The notes below the pieces were generated by a model, which saw nothing but the letters and a program-made list of their open reading frames with translations, made no database searches and was not told the origin of the DNA. The position numbers and the translations under genes were made by a program. This document shows positions 13,929-18,616 of a DNA stretch of 18,616 nt, in pieces; within the stretch, counting starts at the first letter, position 1, and each line of letters starts with the position of its first letter. Source of the stretch: Candidatus Micrarchaeota archaeon (lineage in GTDB: Archaea > Micrarchaeota > Micrarchaeia > Anstonellales > Bilamarchaeaceae); the NCBI GenBank assembly GCA_038046805.1, contig JBBSVO010000003.1, positions 1 to 18,616 on the forward strand, read 5' to 3'.

Positions 13929-16118
13929 ATGGTCCGAAAAGAATTTGTTGTTACGGAAGTCCAGAGATTGATGGATACTGTTGAAAATATCAGAAACGTT
14001 GCGATAGTCGCGCATGTTGACCATGGAAAAACCACGATGACAGACTCGCTCGTGGCAAGGGCAGGACTTATTTCAAAAGAACTCGCAGGCTCGCAGAGAA
14101 TGATGGACTTTGACGAGCAGGAACAGGCACGAGGAATTACAATTAAGGCAGCAAACATTTCTTTGGGATTCGAATTTCAGGGAAAGGATTATCTTATTAA
14201 TTTGATTGATACTCCGGGACACGTTGACTTCGGAGGCCACGTTACAAGGGCAATGAGAGCAGTTGACGGAATAGTACTAGTTGTTGATTCAGTTGAAGGA
14301 ATTATGCCACAAACAGAAACAGTGCTAAGACAGGCATTAAAGGAAAGGGCAAAACCAACTGTGTTCATTAACAAAATAGACCGGCTTATCAATGAATTAA
14401 AGCTGGACGCTAACGCGATGCAGCAGAGACTGGTTAAGATTATAACCGGTATAAACAAAATAATTGAGGCAAACTGCCCTCCAGAACAGAAAGAAGAATG
14501 GACGATAGCAGTGGCAAAGGGAAATGTTGCATTCGGAAGTGCTTTCAACAAATGGGCAGTTAGCGTCAAATCAATGCAACGATTCAATATAGGATTCAAG
14601 GATATATTTGACAGGTGCAGTGCCGGGGATCATACGTTCCTGGTGGAGAAATCCCCATTGGACGAAGTTCTACTCGAGATGATCGTAACCCATCTTCCTA
14701 ATCCAAAATTCGCACAAAGATACCGAATTCCAGTTCTATGGAAAGGAGATCCAAATAGTGATGTTGGAAAGTCAATGCTTGATTGCGACCCGAACGCAAA
14801 AACGGTTGGCATATGCTTTGGGGTTGTTTATGACGAACATGCTGGAGAAGTCGGGATAGTCCGGCTGTTTTCAGGCAAAGTGGGAAAAAGCGACCTGCTA
14901 TATATACATTCCAAAAAATCATATTCGAAAGTCCAGCAAGTCGGGATTTATATGGGACCTGACCGCGTGCAGGCAGAAAAGATTATTGCCGGAAACATTG
15001 GTGCATGTGTTGGACTTAAAGATATTTATGTAGGGGAAACGGTAAGTACAGAGATAATTGAACCGTTTGAACAAATAAAACACTACTCTGCTCCAGTAGT
15101 TACAAAATCCATCGAAGCAAAAGAAAGCAAAGATCTTGCAAAACTGATTGAGGTAGTTAGGGGAATTGCAAGAGAGGATCCAACACTTCGCGTGGAGCTT
15201 AACCAGGAAACCGGGGAACACCTTATTTCTGGAATGGGCGAATTACATCTTGAAATTGTAGAGTATAAAATAAAGAATGAGAAAAAAGTGAACATTATCA
15301 CTTCGCCACCTATTGTTGTTTACCAGGAATCAATAACAGGAAGCAGCCCGGAAGTAGAAGGTAGATCTCCGAACAGGCACAACCGACTCAAGGTAATGGT
15401 TGAACCACTCTCAGAAGCAGTATTGGCTGCAATGGACGAGGGAACAATTCCTGATGGAAGACCCAAGGGAAAAGAACTCGTTGAAAAATTAATTGCCCTG
15501 GGTTTCGAACGGGATGAGGCAAAGGGAGTCTGGAATATTTACAACAGAAACATCCTTGTGGACGGCACAAAAGGTGTGCAATACCTCAATGAAGTAGAGG
15601 AACTTGTGATTCAGGGTTTTGAAGAGGCGATGGCAAAGGGTCCACTTGCAAAAGAGAAGGTAGGCGGGGTAAAGGTTACGCTGACAGATGCAACCCTTCA
15701 CGAGGATAACATCCACCGAGGGCCTGCACAGATGCTGCCTGCGATAAAAAGGTCGATTTACGCTGCAATACTTGTTGCTGGAGATACGCTAAAGGAACCA
15801 AGACAGAAAATACTTATTCAGACTTTACAGGACTACGCCGGCAATGTAATCAACATGACTAATGGAAAAAGAGGTCAGCTTGTTGATATGCAACAGGAAG
15901 GAGAGAATGCAACAGTAACTACAGTCATTCCAGTTGCTGAAATGTTCGGATTCTCAAATGAATTGCGTGGCGTAACACAGGGAAGGGCAATCTGGTACCA
16001 GGAATACGCCGGCTATGCTCCTGTTCCAAAAGAGCTTGTAACAAAAATTGTAAGGCAGATCAGGGAAAGAAAAGGGGACAAACCTGACCCGCCAACCCCG
16101 CAGGACTTTTTGGATTAG
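13929..16118 (+). CDS. fusA: Translation elongation factor EF-2 (archaeal)
   Basis: AHVDHGKTT, RGITI, DTPGHVDF, NKID, GMGELHLE, and the diphthamide loop LHEDNIHRGPAQ. Confidence 0.99.
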   Translation: MVRKEFVVTEVQRLMDTVENIRNVAIVAHVDHGKTTMTDSLVARAGLISKELAGSQRMMDFDEQEQARGITIKAANISLGFEFQGKDYLINLIDTPGHVDFGGHVTRAMRAVDGIVLVVDSVEGIMPQTETVLRQALKERAKPTVFINKIDRLINELKLDANAMQQRLVKIITGINKIIEANCPPEQKEEWTIAVAKGNVAFGSAFNKWAVSVKSMQRFNIGFKDIFDRCSAGDHTFLVEKSPLDEVLLEMIVTHLPNPKFAQRYRIPVLWKGDPNSDVGKSMLDCDPNAKTVGICFGVVYDEHAGEVGIVRLFSGKVGKSDLLYIHSKKSYSKVQQVGIYMGPDRVQAEKIIAGNIGACVGLKDIYVGETVSTEIIEPFEQIKHYSAPVVTKSIEAKESKDLAKLIEVVRGIAREDPTLRVELNQETGEHLISGMGELHLEIVEYKIKNEKKVNIITSPPIVVYQESITGSSPEVEGRSPNRHNRLKVMVEPLSEAVLAAMDEGTIPDGRPKGKELVEKLIALGFERDEAKGVWNIYNRNILVDGTKGVQYLNEVEELVIQGFEEAMAKGPLAKEKVGGVKVTLTDATLHEDNIHRGPAQMLPAIKRSIYAAILVAGDTLKEPRQKILIQTLQDYAGNVINMTNGKRGQLVDMQQEGENATVTTVIPVAEMFGFSNELRGVTQGRAIWYQEYAGYAPVPKELVTKIVRQIRERKGDKPDPPTPQDFLD

Positions 16119-16148
16119 AGGGATAATTGCGAGAGAGGTCGGGCACAG

Positions 16149-16283
16149 TCATTTAATAAAACGCTTGGATATCTCAGCTTTGATTTGATGCCCTATATTT
16201 TCTGCATCTTCATCAGTTAGTCCACTATTCCGTAATATATTCTCAACCATCTGTTGGTGGTTCCTTTTTTTCATTCTTTTCAT
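16149..16283 (-). CDS. Small protein (44 aa) below the ORF-track cutoff; resembles the C-terminal half of short archaeal antitoxin-like proteins
   Basis: Hand translation: MKRMKKRNHQQMVENILRNSGLTDEDAENIGHQIKAEISKRFIK*. TATA-like CTTTTCAAAT lies 23-32 nt upstream of the ATG. Confidence 0.6.
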   Translation of the reverse strand: MKRMKKRNHQQMVENILRNSGLTDEDAENIGHQIKAEISKRFIK

Positions 16284-16315
16284 GAACTGAATATACCCAC
16301 AGAACATTTGAAAAG

Positions 16316-17017
16316 CTATTTCCTCGCAAAAACCCCCTGCAGCCTCTTATTTTCTTTTATTTCCTTAAAACCAGCGGAAGCAAGACGACGTGAGGATTCA
16401 GAAGCAAGCGAACGCCCCCTACTCTCACCAACAGAACCAACATAATGGAACAAACGTCCCCGGCCTTTCAACACGCGGAATAACTCGCGGTAAAATGATT
16501 GCGAATAAAGATCAGGTGCATGGCTGAATCTTGGCGGATCGTGAATGACGATATCAAAAGTTTTGTCTTTCATTCCTTTTATCAGGTGGGCGATGTCACC
16601 CTGGATTGATTCAATACTGGATGATGAGAATAAATGATCGCTCCATGGATTCCATTTTGCAAGCGCAATAACAGCAGGACTTAATTCGCAGGTTGTTATT
16701 TTTGCACCGCACTTTTCCGCTTCTATCGCGATATAACCAAGACCTGTGCATGTATCAAGAACAGATTCTCCTTTTTTGATTGTAAGAGTGCGGACAACTT
16801 CTTTTGGATAATCAAGCGGTGTTTTGAAATCCCGCACGAGTTGCATTCTCAGGCCGTCAATTTCAAGAATCGGAATCCGGTTGAACAAACGCAATTTGTA
16901 AAAATGCCTGTCAAACAGGGCGAGTTTGTAAAGCTGGGGGTCTCCGTCTTTTTTGGCATACATAAAATTGTCTGTGAAGTAGTATTCGATTCCTTTGTGA
17001 CGAAGAAGTAATTTCAT
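16316..17017 (-). CDS. Class I SAM-dependent methyltransferase (COG2521-like predicted archaeal methyltransferase)
   Basis: ILEIDGLRM, VLDTCTGLGYIA (motif I), HDPPRFS (motif IV), GRLFHYVG. Starts 5 nt downstream of the serS stop. Confidence 0.88.
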   Translation of the reverse strand: MKLLLRHKGIEYYFTDNFMYAKKDGDPQLYKLALFDRHFYKLRLFNRIPILEIDGLRMQLVRDFKTPLDYPKEVVRTLTIKKGESVLDTCTGLGYIAIEAEKCGAKITTCELSPAVIALAKWNPWSDHLFSSSSIESIQGDIAHLIKGMKDKTFDIVIHDPPRFSHAPDLYSQSFYRELFRVLKGRGRLFHYVGSVGESRGRSLASESSRRLASAGFKEIKENKRLQGVFARK

Positions 17018-17022
17018 GAAGA

Positions 17023-18333
17023 TCAGAAGTCAATCCTTTCCATCCCCATGAAATCCCTTAATGGTTCCGGAATTTCGATTCCATCTTCGTCCTGATAGTT
17101 CTCAAGTATTGCAATAAGGGTTCTGCCAACTGCCAAACCACTTCCGTTCAACGTGTGCACGAAATCAAGCTCTCCGGCTCTCTGTGAATTCCTGAATTTT
17201 ATATTTGCCCGCCTTGCCTGGAAATCCGTACAGTTTGAACAGGATGAAATTTCCCTGTATTTGTCCTGGCTCGGAATCCACACTTCTATATCGTATGTTT
17301 TTGCGCTTGCGAATCCCATATCTCCAGTGCATAACGCGATTACGCGATAGGGAAGACCCAAAAGCTGGAGGATGTTTTCAGCATCGCGGGTGAGGCTTTC
17401 GAGCTCTTCAAAGCTATTGTTTGGATGAGCTATTTTAACTAGTTCAACTTTGTTAAACTGATGCTGGCGAATAAGGCCTTTTATGTCTTTTCCATAGGCG
17501 CCGGCTTCTCTTCGATAACATGGTGTGTAAGCAGTACGCTTTACTGGGAGCAATTTCTCATCAAGAACTTCCCCTGCAAACAGGTTGGTTAACTGAACTT
17601 CCGAGGTTGGAGAAAGCCACAAATCATCATCCCGGCAGCGGTACAAATCTTCTTCAAATTTTGGAAGCTGACCAGTTCCAGTCATTGATTTGGTATTAAC
17701 CAGATGTGGTGGAGCAATTTCCAAATATCCCCGCGAAGTCTGAACATTCAGCATAAATGATACCAAAGCTCGTTCAAGTCTGGCAAGCGGCCCTTTCAAA
17801 ACTGAAAACCTGTGACATGCGAGCTTTACCCCTGCTTCAAAATCAATCATTCCAAGCTTTACGCCCAATTCATCGTGCGGCAAAACATCCTTTGAATTAA
17901 GTTTCGGAACACCCCATTTGCGAACTTCTTTGTTGTGTGTTTCATCTTTTCCTATTGGAACAGAAGAATGAGGAATATTCGGAATAGTCATAATGATTGC
18001 TTTGAGTTCTGTGTCTAATGTTTCGACTTCAGCGCTGATTTCCTTTATCCGTGCGCTTACGTCTCCGGAACGCTTGATCAGTTTATCCGCGTTGTCGGCT
18101 CCTTTTTTCGGATCTTTTCCGCCTTTCTCTCCTTTTCCTTTTTTCTTTGCCTCGCTTATTTCCAATCCGAGTTTGTTCCGCTCTGCACGAAGTTCGTCCT
18201 CTTCCTTTTTCAGGGCGCGCCATTTCTCGTCAATTTCGCCGATTTTCTTGACGATGTCTGTGGGCTGCCCCCTGTTCTTCAGGGCGGTAACGAGGATATT
18301 CGGTGTTTTGCGGATAAGGTTAATGTCGATCAT
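17023..18333 (-). CDS. serS: Serine--tRNA ligase, standard (bacterial-like) type
   Basis: N-terminal coiled-coil arm, GTGQLPKF, PTSEV, CYRREAG..IRQHQFNKVE (motif 2), YREISSCSNCTDFQARR, HTLNGSGLAVGRT (motif 3). Confidence 0.98.
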   Translation of the reverse strand: MIDINLIRKTPNILVTALKNRGQPTDIVKKIGEIDEKWRALKKEEDELRAERNKLGLEISEAKKKGKGEKGGKDPKKGADNADKLIKRSGDVSARIKEISAEVETLDTELKAIIMTIPNIPHSSVPIGKDETHNKEVRKWGVPKLNSKDVLPHDELGVKLGMIDFEAGVKLACHRFSVLKGPLARLERALVSFMLNVQTSRGYLEIAPPHLVNTKSMTGTGQLPKFEEDLYRCRDDDLWLSPTSEVQLTNLFAGEVLDEKLLPVKRTAYTPCYRREAGAYGKDIKGLIRQHQFNKVELVKIAHPNNSFEELESLTRDAENILQLLGLPYRVIALCTGDMGFASAKTYDIEVWIPSQDKYREISSCSNCTDFQARRANIKFRNSQRAGELDFVHTLNGSGLAVGRTLIAILENYQDEDGIEIPEPLRDFMGMERIDF

Positions 18334-18415
18334 AGCATCAACTCAACTAAAGGTATGGAATAATAACTCGCGAAAAGTTAAAAAATGGGAGTAACGGGAA
18401 GCAATGAGGATTAAA

Positions 18416-18616
18416 TTAGGTTGGCTGCTTGCCAGCACGTTTTCCTGAGGAATATGCTTGGAATCCTCTGTTTCTTTCCGTGGCTCTTCCTAAACGACCA
18501 ATAGCGGAATGAGCATCACTCAATTCTTGCAATTTGGTTCTTGCAGCACCAGTTACTCGATCTGGTGGAGTCGCATAACTAACTGGATGCTGATAATCGA
18601 GAATTTCTTGAAGAGC
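18416..18616 (-). CDS. 3' end of a hypothetical protein running off the window edge
   Basis: 66 stop-free codons from the edge to TAA: ALQEILDYQHPVSYATPPDRVTGAARTKLQELSDAHSAIGRLGRATERNRGFQAYSSGKRAGKQPT*. Confidence 0.55.
   Translation of the reverse strand, partial: ALQEILDYQHPVSYATPPDRVTGAARTKLQELSDAHSAIGRLGRATERNRGFQAYSSGKRAGKQPT

Noticed and set aside
15697..15732. Loss of the diphthamide site in EF-2
   Set aside because: The HRG motif is intact (HEDNIHRGPAQ).
5506..18616. Integrated element at tRNA-Ser extending into the window
   Set aside because: No integrase is present, I found no long downstream copy of the tRNA 3' end, and the downstream genes are housekeeping.

Overview
Archaeal core-genome window, most likely DPANN (Micrarchaeota-like; inferred from archaeal uS12/uS7/EF-2, Cbf5, archaeal Cmk, an intron-containing tRNA, and bacterial-type SHMT, ThiI and SerRS). 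Gene order: glyA(-), Cys-rich repeat surface protein 1(-), tandem-domain thyX(-), tRNA-Ser(UGA) with a 71-nt intron(+), GH-A-like lipoprotein(+), thiI(+), cbf5(-), 99-aa orphan(-), cmk(-), DUF106/EMC3-like insertase(-), 2-TM coiled-coil protein(+), Cys-rich repeat protein 2(-), rps12-rps7-EF-2(+), an uncalled 44-aa ORF(-), a SAM methyltransferase(-), serS(-) and a partial ORF at the right edge. The most unusual signals are: (1) a 40-nt hairpin just upstream of tRNA-Ser built from that tRNA's own acceptor, anticodon-loop and T-loop words, with further echoes in the intron and downstream; (2) two paralogous 6-Cys-repeat secreted proteins with conserved ends, variable middles and a shared C-terminal motif; (3) a dual-repeat 37-40-nt mini-array and heptamer repeat tracts between genes; (4) substitutions in normally invariant uS12 decoding loops; (5) a long structured leader ahead of rps12. 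All calls come from reading the sequence; no searches were run.
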